Positions 17,616-26,961 of a stretch of 64,000 nt of DNA are shown here, piece after piece. Position numbers and translations under genes: made by a program. The stretch is from an uncultured Clostridia bacterium. GTDB taxonomy: Bacteria > Bacillota > Clostridia > Christensenellales > CAG-917. Location of the stretch: positions 241,897-305,896 of the forward strand of contig CAKQUX010000002.1 of NCBI GenBank assembly GCA_934277645.1, read 5' to 3'. The notes beneath the pieces are model-generated. The model made no database searches and had not been told where the DNA came from. It saw only the letters and a program-made list of their open reading frames with translations. The first letter of the stretch is position 1. The number at the start of each line of letters is the position of its first letter.

Positions 17616-18895
17616 ACACAGCAATAGTCGGTATTAACTGGGGCGATGAGGGCAAAGGCAGAATGGTTGACCTTTTGTCAAGCGATTACGACGTTGTGGT
17701 ACGCTATCAAGGCGGCAACAACGCAGGACACACCGTTATCAACGAAAAGGGCAAGTTTATTTTGAATTTGCTCCCGTCGGGTATACTTCGCGACGACGTA
17801 ACGTGCGTTATGGGTAGCGGTATGGTCATTGACCTTAAACACTTGTCGGGCGAAGTCGCAAGACTAAAAGAGGGCGGCATAAACGTAACGCCACGCAATC
17901 TTGTCATATCCGACAGAGCCGTTATATGTATGCCTTACGACGTTGTGCAAGACTGCCTCGAAGAAGACAGGCTTCAAGGCAAAAAGTTCGGTTCGACACG
18001 CCGCGGAATAGGGCCTGTCTATTCGGACAAGTATATGAAAAAAGCCGTTCACATGGGCGACCTTATTTACAGCACGACGTTAGAGCAAAAAGTACGCGAC
18101 CTTGTAGAATGGAAAAATCTTCTTTTCAAGAGTTACGGCGTTGAGATAAACGTTGACGAGATGATTGACTACTTAAAAACGTACGGCAAGGAATTTGCGC
18201 CTTACGTTCAGGACACGAACGCGTTTTTAAAGCAAGCGCAAAAAGAAAAGAAAAACATAATGTTCGAAGCGCAACTCGGCGCATTGAAGGACATCGACTT
18301 CGGCATTACGCCGTACACGTCGTCGTCAAACGTAATTTCGGCATACGCGCCGATAGGAAGCGGTTGCCCGTCGCTTAAATTGGACAGCGTTATCGGAATA
18401 GTAAAGGCATATTCGAGCGCGGTCGGCGAAGGACCGTTTGTTTGCGAGATGTTCGGCGACGAAGCGGAATTTTTAAGACAGGCAGGCGGCGAGTACGGAG
18501 CGGCAACAGGCAGACCTCGCCGAGTAGGCGGTTTCGATTTTCCTGCTACCCGTTACGGCATCGAAATGCAAGCGGCAACGGAAATAGCGATTACCAAAAT
18601 CGACGTTTTGTCCAAGCTCGACAAAATTCCCGTTTGCGTTGCGTATGAATTTGAAGGCAAACGCCTTGACGATTTTCCTTATCCCGACCTTTTGGACGAC
18701 TGCAAACCTATTGTCGAATATCTTGACGGTTGGAATACCGACATTTCAAGCTGCAAGTCGTTTGACGAACTTCCTTTGAATGCAAAGAACTATTTAAAGT
18801 TCTTGCAAAAAGGTTTAAACGCGCCGATTACTCTTGTTTCGGTAGGCGCGGACAGAGAACAATATTTTTATATCAAAAAAGGCGAACTTAACTAA
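17612..18895 (+). CDS. purA: adenylosuccinate synthetase
   Basis: NWGDEGKGRMVD P-loop plus the GGNNAGHT and TRRGIGP motifs. Overlaps the purB stop by 4 nt. Confidence 0.9.
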   Translation: MNTAIVGINWGDEGKGRMVDLLSSDYDVVVRYQGGNNAGHTVINEKGKFILNLLPSGILRDDVTCVMGSGMVIDLKHLSGEVARLKEGGINVTPRNLVISDRAVICMPYDVVQDCLEEDRLQGKKFGSTRRGIGPVYSDKYMKKAVHMGDLIYSTTLEQKVRDLVEWKNLLFKSYGVEINVDEMIDYLKTYGKEFAPYVQDTNAFLKQAQKEKKNIMFEAQLGALKDIDFGITPYTSSSNVISAYAPIGSGCPSLKLDSVIGIVKAYSSAVGEGPFVCEMFGDEAEFLRQAGGEYGAATGRPRRVGGFDFPATRYGIEMQAATEIAITKIDVLSKLDKIPVCVAYEFEGKRLDDFPYPDLLDDCKPIVEYLDGWNTDISSCKSFDELPLNAKNYLKFLQKGLNAPITLVSVGADREQYFYIKKGELN

Positions 18896-19056
18896 CAAAT
18901 TGCGAACTTAGCAAATAAGCGGTCTTAAATATAACGGCTTAACGCGGCGTCAGGGCAAACCCTGCAAGTATTCGGCAAATAGTTGTCTAATAGACAAACG
19001 ACAATTAAGCGACGCAAACATTAAAACGCAAGCGTTAAAAACGAGGAGGTGTGTTT

Positions 19057-21450
19057 ATGGCAGTAAAAATAAATTATTCTATCGGGTACAACATCGACGC
19101 GGTCGGCTTTAAAAATCGAGTCAAAAGCGGGCGAGCCGGACAAAATCAATTGTGGGGCAGTATCGTTATGCCTTCGACCGCAATCGGATACAGCTCAGAT
19201 GCAAAGATAAAGATTTTCGAAGCGTCGAAAGAATTGTCAAAAGACAAAACAAACTACGTTGCGAAGTTTGGGCAGGCTATGACGGCTTTTTGTTATATGT
19301 ACGGCTACGGCGTAGAGCAAGACGAGAAGAAAGGGTTTAAGATTGCCGAAAAAGCCATAGATCACGACGGATACGGATTTTGCTATTACGTTTTGGGAGA
19401 GGCGTACTTTTACGGTGTCGGAACAAAAAAGGACGTTCAAAAAGGCGAAAAGTTTTTGTCCAAAGGAATCGTTTGTGAAAATCCGTTTGCCATATCAGCG
19501 CTCGCTAAACACTATTATTTCGGCGAAGAGGTAGCGAAAGACGAAAAAAAAGCGTTTGTACTATTTAGCAAGGCAAGCGAAATGGACAGCGGCGGATGCG
19601 CGTTTTATTTGGGAGAGTTTTACAATAAAGGACTTGGCGGCGTCGCAAAAAACTATAATAAAGCGTTTGAATTTTATCTTAAAGCTTTAGACGACGAAAA
19701 CGACTGTATTGCGGCAAGAGAAATCGGAAAGTTGTTCGAGAGCGGAGCTTTCGGAAAGCCCGACTATTTTACTGCGATGAAATATTACGAAGAAGAAGCA
19801 AGATTAAATATCTTTGTCAGCACAAGACGATTTTTGGAAGAATACAAATATTTCCCTTTCGGAATCGAAAGCAACTATACCGACAGCGAACTTGAAAAAC
19901 TTATGTCGTCCGACAACATTAAAGACGTTATGAAAGTGTTTCAGTTCATTACCGGAGATATTAAAGCTCAAAGACAGACTTTAAGAGTTGCAAAAAAACT
20001 TATGGACGTCAATTCGCTTGCAGAAACGATAGTTGCTATGTTTATCTATGACGGCATAGTTGCGCCTAAAAACGAAGATTATGCAATGGAACTTTTGCAA
20101 CACTCGGCGTCGCTCGGCAGCAAAATGGCATATAACGTAATGTACGTATACTTGGTCAATAAGGATAAAGAAAAGGCATTAAAATATCTCGATATAGCGT
20201 CCGGAATGGGAGACGGTGGCTTAGACGTCAAAGGCGACGGAAAAACCTGTTATCCGTCGTGCCTTTTAAAGCCGTATCCTGCCGCAGTAGAAAACTATTT
20301 ATGGAACGTACGCAAAAAAGAAGGCGGCGAGGAAAAGGCTTATAAATTAGCCGACAAAATTTATGCAAAAGAAAAAGGCACAGGAAGCAAACTCGAAGCA
20401 AGACTGTTAAGATTTATCGGCAGATATTATCAATACGGTATAATCGTAAAGAAAGACGTTTATAAAGCATTAGACCTTTATGAACAAGCGATAAAAATCG
20501 ATGAGACCGAAAAGGGTATCGCCGGCGCGTACATTGGCGAAATCTACAAAAACGGCGACGGAGTGGACGTAAATTACGATAAAGCGCGCGACTATTTTTT
20601 TGCCGCGGCAAACAGTGGAAACAAAAACTCTTTCTTCAATTTGGAATACGTTCTTTCCGCAGGTGACAAAGAGAAATCGTGCGCAAAAACGAGTTATGCG
20701 CTTTTGAGATGTTGCGTCGAACAAGATAAGCGAAACTCTGCCGCATTGAACAATTATGCGAATTGTATTTCGAAGGGTTACGGAACAAAGAAAGACGAAA
20801 AGAAAGCCTTTGAATATTATAAAGAGGCGGCTCAAATCGACGAAGAAGATAAGAACTTTGTGTTAAAATCCGTCAACAATTATGCAAAATGTTATATAAA
20901 CGGAACTGGTGTAGACAAAGACGTAAAACGCGGACTAACGCTGACAAAACGTTATGCGGACGAAGGGTTTTTGGCTTGTATGTCAAGTCTTGCGAAATAT
21001 TATTCAGACGGTGAAATCGCCGAGAAAAACGTAAAAGAAGCGATACGCATTTACGAAAGTCTTCTTGCTCAAAACTATTCCGTTGACGAGATTTGTTCGC
21101 GCTTAGCGTGGATATACTTAAAAGGAAACGGCGTTGCGAAGAATCCGACAAAAGCAATCGAATATTGCAAAAAAGGCATAACGGAAGGCAGTGGCGAAAG
21201 TTCTAATGCGCGACTTGGCGCAATGTATTTTTACGGCGACGGCGTAGAAAAAGATTATGCAAAAGCAATTTCATATTTTAAAAAGGCGATAAAACTCGGA
21301 AGCACCGCCGCATATTATTGGCTCGGCATTGCGGCTATGGAAGGGCTTGGCGTAGTTAAAGATATAAACGAAGCGAAAAGATGTTTTAAAATCGCAAGCG
21401 CCGCAGGGGACGAAGACTCCGCAGAAATGCTGAAAAAAATCGGCGGTTGA
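19057..21450 (+). CDS. Sel1-like (SLR/TPR) repeat protein
   Basis: About 797 aa made of many about 36-aa Sel1 repeats (..A..YY.KAA..G...A...LG..Y..G.GV..D). Start set at ATG 19057, 7 nt after GGAGG. No signal peptide. Confidence 0.75.
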   Translation: MAVKINYSIGYNIDAVGFKNRVKSGRAGQNQLWGSIVMPSTAIGYSSDAKIKIFEASKELSKDKTNYVAKFGQAMTAFCYMYGYGVEQDEKKGFKIAEKAIDHDGYGFCYYVLGEAYFYGVGTKKDVQKGEKFLSKGIVCENPFAISALAKHYYFGEEVAKDEKKAFVLFSKASEMDSGGCAFYLGEFYNKGLGGVAKNYNKAFEFYLKALDDENDCIAAREIGKLFESGAFGKPDYFTAMKYYEEEARLNIFVSTRRFLEEYKYFPFGIESNYTDSELEKLMSSDNIKDVMKVFQFITGDIKAQRQTLRVAKKLMDVNSLAETIVAMFIYDGIVAPKNEDYAMELLQHSASLGSKMAYNVMYVYLVNKDKEKALKYLDIASGMGDGGLDVKGDGKTCYPSCLLKPYPAAVENYLWNVRKKEGGEEKAYKLADKIYAKEKGTGSKLEARLLRFIGRYYQYGIIVKKDVYKALDLYEQAIKIDETEKGIAGAYIGEIYKNGDGVDVNYDKARDYFFAAANSGNKNSFFNLEYVLSAGDKEKSCAKTSYALLRCCVEQDKRNSAALNNYANCISKGYGTKKDEKKAFEYYKEAAQIDEEDKNFVLKSVNNYAKCYINGTGVDKDVKRGLTLTKRYADEGFLACMSSLAKYYSDGEIAEKNVKEAIRIYESLLAQNYSVDEICSRLAWIYLKGNGVAKNPTKAIEYCKKGITEGSGESSNARLGAMYFYGDGVEKDYAKAISYFKKAIKLGSTAAYYWLGIAAMEGLGVVKDINEAKRCFKIASAAGDEDSAEMLKKIGG

Positions 21451-21480
21451 CAAACGACAGTCGAAAAAAACGACAATTAA

Positions 21481-21520
21481 AAAAGCCGCAAACGCTAAAT
21501 GGCGAGCGGCTTTTTTGTTT
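21481..21520 (+). terminator. Rho-independent terminator
   Basis: Stem aaaagccgc/gcggctttt followed by ttttttgtttg. Confidence 0.7.
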
Positions 21521-21612
21521 GTCTTTAATAATTAAAAACGCAAACGAACAAATCGAGAATATGAAGCAAACGACAAAAACGCAAGGCAAAGGTTTAAAGG
21601 CGTTAAGCAAAG

Positions 21613-21990
21613 TCAGAATAAATTGTTTTCAGATATGAAATCGTCAAGTTTTATAAAGAATCTGACGAACTCGTCGATTGCGCAAATGACGCTGAAATTG
21701 TCGGGGTAGCTTTTGTAGAGAATTTCGTTGTACAAGCGAATTTTATAATCGTTTCCGTTGTTTTTTACAAACAGGTCGTAGTAATAGCTTGCATCGTTGT
21801 TAAACTCATTAAAATGATTTCCCGTGTCGGTAATCATAAAGCCGCCTTCCGTAGGTTTGATTTTTAATATCAAAGCGTTGTTGTCGCTGTTCATCCGCAA
21901 ATAGGCGGGCAGAACGATTTCTATAAACTCGTCGTTGGCTTTAACGCTTAAAATTTCTAACTGCTTTAAAAGCTCTTTTTTTGTTTTCAT
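21613..21990 (-). CDS. hypothetical protein (possibly DUF1828-like)
   Basis: 125 aa, 6 nt downstream of the lipoprotein gene. The family assignment is only an impression from the sequence pattern. Confidence 0.5.
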   Translation of the reverse strand: MKTKKELLKQLEILSVKANDEFIEIVLPAYLRMNSDNNALILKIKPTEGGFMITDTGNHFNEFNNDASYYYDLFVKNNGNDYKIRLYNEILYKSYPDNFSVICAIDEFVRFFIKLDDFISENNLF

Positions 21991-21996
21991 AAAGTC

Positions 21997-23523
21997 TTAT
22001 TTCCACTTTGCGACGAGGTCGGTCTTTTTGGTGACGACAAACGTATAGACAAGCTCGTCGCAAACTTTTGTTTCGCCGTCGTACCAGCCGTCAAAAATGC
22101 TGTCGCCTTTCGGGGACGCCGTGACCGTAACCGTAGAGCCGAAATCGAAATCGGTTTTAGGTTCTAAATCGCTAGGCGCGTTTTGAGTGACGGAAAGAAT
22201 CCTTTCTTTCGCTTCGTTTTTGAGGTTCGGCGAAATTTCAAGGGTGTAGACTTCGCCTTTTGTTAGGCCGTCGAAATGCAAAACGCTGTCGGTCGTCTTC
22301 ACTTCGACGCGGTTGCTTTCGAGCGTGGTGCCGTCAAGTTTTCTTAGGGTATACTTCATTTGATATATAGCGTTAGAGCTGATTGTGAAGTCGGCAGTCG
22401 TCGAAAGAGCGGTAGCAAATCTGACGTGATAGACGTTGACTTGATTTTTATAGAACGTAAATTCGTTTTTCATTCCGACGTTAAAGTGCGTCGCTCCGTT
22501 ATCGGCAAGCCATTTTGCATAAAGCGTTACGTCTTCAGTAACGTAGCTTCTGTCCCAAAGAGTCGTCAGTTCCGCATCCAGATACCAACCGACCAAAAGT
22601 GCGTCTTTTCCGTCGATTGCGCCTAAGGCGTAATTAAACTTTAAAGGATTTGAAAGGCTTGTCGTTTCGTTTACTTTTCCTTCCGATACGGCAGCGCCGT
22701 AATCGTATGAAACGGTGCATACCTTTCCGACGGCAACCGCGCCTTTATCGCTTTCGGTCGAAACCGAAACGGCATATTTGTTTATTTCCCATACTGCGGA
22801 CAAAGTCACGTCTTCGCCTTTTTCCCACTTAGCGCAATATCCGTTTTCGTCGGTTAAAAGTTTGCCGCTTGCGTCGGCATAGCCTTTAAACGTGTGTTCG
22901 TCTTTTTTAGGAACGCCAAAAGTCACGGCGTCAGAATATCTGACGGTTGTAGATATCGAGTCCGTCGTCTTTTCGTCATCGAAGAAACCGCCGTTTGCGT
23001 TAAGCGTAACTTTTGTCTTAACGCCTTCAAATACGGCATTGAGTGTGACGTCGAAAGACGGCATATCGAACGAATACGGGTTTTTTTCAATCAAGGTATC
23101 TTTAAACGAAAAGCCTAAGAATATATAGTTTTCCTTAGGCTTTGCCGTAAGAGTTATTTTTTCGCGATAATCGAAAGTCGTTTTGTCTATGCCTTGAACC
23201 GTTCCTTTGTTTTCGTCGAAATTGACGGACAAAGTATATTTTTTCGCTTCGTAAAGAGCCTCGAAAGTGAGGTTTGATTTAACGCCGCTTACTCTTCTGT
23301 TTTTGACGATAAGGTCGCCGCTCTTCCAACCGATAAAATCATAGCCTTCTTTTATCGGGTCTATGGGCGCGATTACGTCGCCGCCGCTTGCGACTTTCTT
23401 TTCGCCGACAAGTTTTCCGTTGTTATAAAACTTAACGGTAAACGTTTCCGTGTCGTTACAGGCGGCAAGAATAAGGCATAAAAGCATAATGCATATTAAG
23501 ACAAAAAAAGTGCGTTTTTTCAT
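21997..23523 (-). CDS. lipoprotein with InlB B-repeat (Listeria-Bacteroides repeat) domains
   Basis: Lipobox LILAAC. Repeated motifs of the form F.V.F...G......V..G......P.P.K.GY.F.GW. Confidence 0.75.
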   Translation of the reverse strand: MKKRTFFVLICIMLLCLILAACNDTETFTVKFYNNGKLVGEKKVASGGDVIAPIDPIKEGYDFIGWKSGDLIVKNRRVSGVKSNLTFEALYEAKKYTLSVNFDENKGTVQGIDKTTFDYREKITLTAKPKENYIFLGFSFKDTLIEKNPYSFDMPSFDVTLNAVFEGVKTKVTLNANGGFFDDEKTTDSISTTVRYSDAVTFGVPKKDEHTFKGYADASGKLLTDENGYCAKWEKGEDVTLSAVWEINKYAVSVSTESDKGAVAVGKVCTVSYDYGAAVSEGKVNETTSLSNPLKFNYALGAIDGKDALLVGWYLDAELTTLWDRSYVTEDVTLYAKWLADNGATHFNVGMKNEFTFYKNQVNVYHVRFATALSTTADFTISSNAIYQMKYTLRKLDGTTLESNRVEVKTTDSVLHFDGLTKGEVYTLEISPNLKNEAKERILSVTQNAPSDLEPKTDFDFGSTVTVTASPKGDSIFDGWYDGETKVCDELVYTFVVTKKTDLVAKWK

Positions 23524-23529
23524 AGGTTT

Positions 23530-23558
23530 ATAATATATTTTAAATCAATCTATGTCAA
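23530..23558 (-). promoter_or_regulatory. sigma-A-type promoter TTGACA-17-TATTAT; -10 ends 6 nt before ATG 23523 (leaderless)
   Basis: Minus strand reads ttgacatagattgatttaaaatatattataaacctATG. No SD. Confidence 0.55.
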
Positions 23559-23777
23559 CTGCCAAAAAATGAAAAGAATGCAAAAAAGCAAGCGAAAGCA
23601 GAATTTAAATCGGAACGTAAAGGGCGGCGGCATTTTAGGATAATGATGCCGACTAAGAGTAAATCAAAAAGGTTAGTTTAACATAAAAAATGTTTAGCGC
23701 GATATTTGTTTTACGCTGTCAAAACGATTGCTAAAAACTTCAAATTGTGTTATTATTCGGTTGACTAAGGAGTCGAT

Positions 23778-24653
23778 ATGAAAGGTTTATTTACTTTAAG
23801 CTCTCTATCCCCTCAGAAGATTGTCGAAATCATCGACCTTGCTTTGCGTTTCAAAAAGGGCGAAACGAAAGTTTCGTATTCGGGAAAAAGCATGGCGACT
23901 TTGTTTTTTGAAAATTCCACCAGAACACAATATAGTTTCCAAATGGCAATGATAAAACTCGGTATTACGCCGATTTCTTTTAGTAGCGTCGGTTCGTCGC
24001 TCGCAAAGGGCGAAAGTCTTTACGACACGGTAAAGACGTTTGAAGCATTAGGCGTTGACGGCGTTGTCATTCGTCACGGAAAAGACGGTTATTACAGGGA
24101 TTTGGCATCTGTCCGAATCCCTATTTTTAACGGCGGCGACGGAGCAAGCGACCACCCGACGCAAACGCTTTTGGACCTTATGACTATTTATGAAGAATTC
24201 GGCGGTTTTGACGGACTTAGTATTTGTTTTGTCGGCGACATCAAGCACAGTCGAGTCGCACACGGCAATGCTGAAGTTATGAAAAGACTCGGAATTAAAG
24301 TTTATATCGCAGGCCCCGACGAAATGCTCGACGACACGGCGGAAGTAATTTCTCTTGACGACGCCGTTAAGCAATGCGACGTGATAAATCTTTTGAGAGT
24401 GCAATTCGAGCGTCATCGCGAAAAGCTCGAAATGGACGAGTCGGAATATTTATCCCGCTACGGAATGACGACTAAGAGAGTTTTAAAAATGAAAGAGAAA
24501 GCTATTATCATTCATCCTGCGCCTATAAATCGCGGAATCGAAATAGAAAGCGAAGTCGCGGAGTGTGAAAAAAGCAGAATATTCAAACAGATGACGAACG
24601 GTGTTTTCGTTCGAATGGCTGTTATATCGATGGTATTGGAGGACAAGTTATGA
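23778..24653 (+). CDS. pyrB: aspartate carbamoyltransferase catalytic subunit
   Basis: FFENSTRT and HPTQ motifs. TAAGGAG SD. First gene of the pyr cluster. Confidence 0.9.
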   Translation: MKGLFTLSSLSPQKIVEIIDLALRFKKGETKVSYSGKSMATLFFENSTRTQYSFQMAMIKLGITPISFSSVGSSLAKGESLYDTVKTFEALGVDGVVIRHGKDGYYRDLASVRIPIFNGGDGASDHPTQTLLDLMTIYEEFGGFDGLSICFVGDIKHSRVAHGNAEVMKRLGIKVYIAGPDEMLDDTAEVISLDDAVKQCDVINLLRVQFERHREKLEMDESEYLSRYGMTTKRVLKMKEKAIIIHPAPINRGIEIESEVAECEKSRIFKQMTNGVFVRMAVISMVLEDKL

Positions 24654-25867
24654 TTTTAAAAAACGTGCTTGTCCTTTTTGATGGCGAAAAAAGGCTTACC
24701 GACGTACAAATCGAAAAGGACACAATCGTAAAAATCGAACAAGGTTTAAAAGGCGAGGGCTATGACCTTAAAGGCGGCTTTTTGACGGCGGGGGGAATAG
24801 ACTGCCACGCACATTTCAGAGAGCCGGGGTATACAGGTAAAGGCACGATTCTGACCGAAACGCAAAGCGCGATAAAGGGCGGCATCTTTACGGCTTTTGC
24901 AATGCCGAATTTGAACCCGACTCCCGACAGCCTTAAAAACTTAAAAATCGAAACGGACGCAATCGAGCGTGACGCAAAAATAACCGTTTTGCCTTACGGC
25001 TCGCTTACGAAAGGCGAAAAAGGGAAGGAGCTGTCCGACCTTGAAGATTTGGCGAAAAAAGTCGTAGCTTTTTCCGACGACGGCAAATGCGTAAACGACT
25101 TAGGGCTTTTAAAGGAAGGAATGATAAGAGCAAAGGCTTTAAATAAGGTGATTGCTTCGCACGCCGAGGCGGAAGGGCTGGGCGATACTCCGCTTGCCGA
25201 AATAAAGGCGGTCGAAAGAGAGCTGAGCCTTGCAAAACAAACGGGGGTTAAATATCACTTTTGCCACCTATCTACCGCAGAGAGCTTGTCGCTTGTAAAG
25301 GACGCAAAGCGTGACGGAGTAGACGTAACTTGCGAAGTTACGCCGCATCACATAGCGATGATTGCAATAGACAAAACCAACGCGAATTTCAAAATGAATC
25401 CGCCGCTTCGTGAAAAGAAAGACGTTTTGGCGACGGTCGAAGCGATAGTAAACGGAGTCGCCGATTTCATCGCAACCGACCACGCGCCGCACGCGGCAGT
25501 TGAAAAAGCGCAACCGTGGGACAAAGCTCCGTACGGAATAATCGGGTTTGAAACGATGTATCCGATTGTTATAACCGCGCTTTACAAAACGGGACTTATG
25601 AGTTTGGCGGACGTCGAAAGAATAACGGCGAAAGCGGTTGCGGCAAGATTCGGTTTAAAAGTTCCGAAAATAGCCGTCGGCGAAAAGGCAACTTTTGCAG
25701 TGCTTGACCTTGACAACAAGCGCGAATACACGTTAAGCGAAATCAAATCGAAAAGCAAAAACAGTCCTTTTATCGGAAAGGAAATGTACGGCTTTAACAA
25801 ACTCAGCGTTATAAACGGAAAAATAGAATACATAAACTTGGAGGAAGTATGCCAAACAGAATTTTAA
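24650..25867 (+). CDS. pyrC: dihydroorotase
   Basis: GGIDCHAHFREPG metal motif, in pyr operon context, overlapping pyrB by 4 nt. Confidence 0.9.
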   Translation: MILKNVLVLFDGEKRLTDVQIEKDTIVKIEQGLKGEGYDLKGGFLTAGGIDCHAHFREPGYTGKGTILTETQSAIKGGIFTAFAMPNLNPTPDSLKNLKIETDAIERDAKITVLPYGSLTKGEKGKELSDLEDLAKKVVAFSDDGKCVNDLGLLKEGMIRAKALNKVIASHAEAEGLGDTPLAEIKAVERELSLAKQTGVKYHFCHLSTAESLSLVKDAKRDGVDVTCEVTPHHIAMIAIDKTNANFKMNPPLREKKDVLATVEAIVNGVADFIATDHAPHAAVEKAQPWDKAPYGIIGFETMYPIVITALYKTGLMSLADVERITAKAVAARFGLKVPKIAVGEKATFAVLDLDNKREYTLSEIKSKSKNSPFIGKEMYGFNKLSVINGKIEYINLEEVCQTEF

Positions 25868-26961
25868 TTTTGGAAAACGGCAAAACGTTTTTGGGCGACG
25901 GCTTCGGCGCAAGCGGCACAAAGATTGCGGAAATCGTTTTCAATACGTCTATGGTAGGCTATCAGGAAATTTTGTCGGACCCGTCATATAGCGGACAATT
26001 CGTCACGATGAGTTATCCGCTTATCGGGAACTACGGCTTGACCGACGACGACTTCGAATCGAAAGGCGTTTTTATGTCGGGATTTATCGTCAGGGAATAC
26101 AACGACATGCCGTCCAATTTCAGATATACGATGACGCTTCAAGAGATGATGGCAAACAGCGGAGTCGTCGGAATAAGCGGTGTAGATACGCGTGAGCTTG
26201 TCAGAATCATTCGCGACGAAGGAAGTCAAAGGGCAATGATAACCGACAGCGACGCGAACGTCGACGAGTGTGTAAAAATTTTGAAGGCAACGCCTTATCC
26301 GACCGATCAGGTCAAAACGGTGTCAACGAAAAGAATATGGCATTGCAGAACGCAAAACCCGAAGTTTACGGTGGTTGCGGTCGATTGCGGAATCAAGTTT
26401 AACATAATCAGAAAATTCAACGAGCTCGGAATTAACGTTATAGTCGTGCCTTACAACACTACGGCAAATGAAATCATGCAGTTTAATCCCGACGGATTGT
26501 TTTTGTCGAACGGACCGGGCGACCCCGAAAACGTACCCGAAGTCATCGGGCTCGTCAAAGAGATTAAAGGTAAAATGCCGATTATGGGCATTTGCTTAGG
26601 ACATCAGATAATAGGGCTTAGCTACGGCGGCGAAACTTATAAAATGAAATTCGGACACCGCGGAGCGAATCACCCTGTCAAAAACTTAATCAGCGGAAAA
26701 GTGGAAATCACGTCGCAAAATCACAGCTACGCCATAAAAGCGGACAGCATCTCGGGAACGGAACTTAAAGTCACCCACGTCAATTTGATTGACGGCGAAG
26801 TCGAGGGTATGATTGACGAAAAGAATAAAGTAATATCGATTCAATATCACCCTGAAAGCGCGGCGGGACCCGAAGACAGCGGATACATTTTCAGAATGTT
26901 TCTCAAAAATCTCGAATCTGTAAGGGGAGGAAAGTCAAATGCCGAAAAGAACAGATATTAA
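25849..26961 (+). CDS. carA: carbamoyl-phosphate synthase small (glutaminase) subunit
   Basis: GICLGHQ catalytic Cys motif and N-terminal CPSase small-chain domain. Confidence 0.9.
   Translation: MPNRILILENGKTFLGDGFGASGTKIAEIVFNTSMVGYQEILSDPSYSGQFVTMSYPLIGNYGLTDDDFESKGVFMSGFIVREYNDMPSNFRYTMTLQEMMANSGVVGISGVDTRELVRIIRDEGSQRAMITDSDANVDECVKILKATPYPTDQVKTVSTKRIWHCRTQNPKFTVVAVDCGIKFNIIRKFNELGINVIVVPYNTTANEIMQFNPDGLFLSNGPGDPENVPEVIGLVKEIKGKMPIMGICLGHQIIGLSYGGETYKMKFGHRGANHPVKNLISGKVEITSQNHSYAIKADSISGTELKVTHVNLIDGEVEGMIDEKNKVISIQYHPESAAGPEDSGYIFRMFLKNLESVRGGKSNAEKNRY

Noticed and set aside
23524-23777. A PyrR attenuator or binding loop upstream of pyrB.
   Set aside because: No ARUCCAGAGAGGYU-like loop or terminator/antiterminator pair was found, and there is no pyrR gene in the window.
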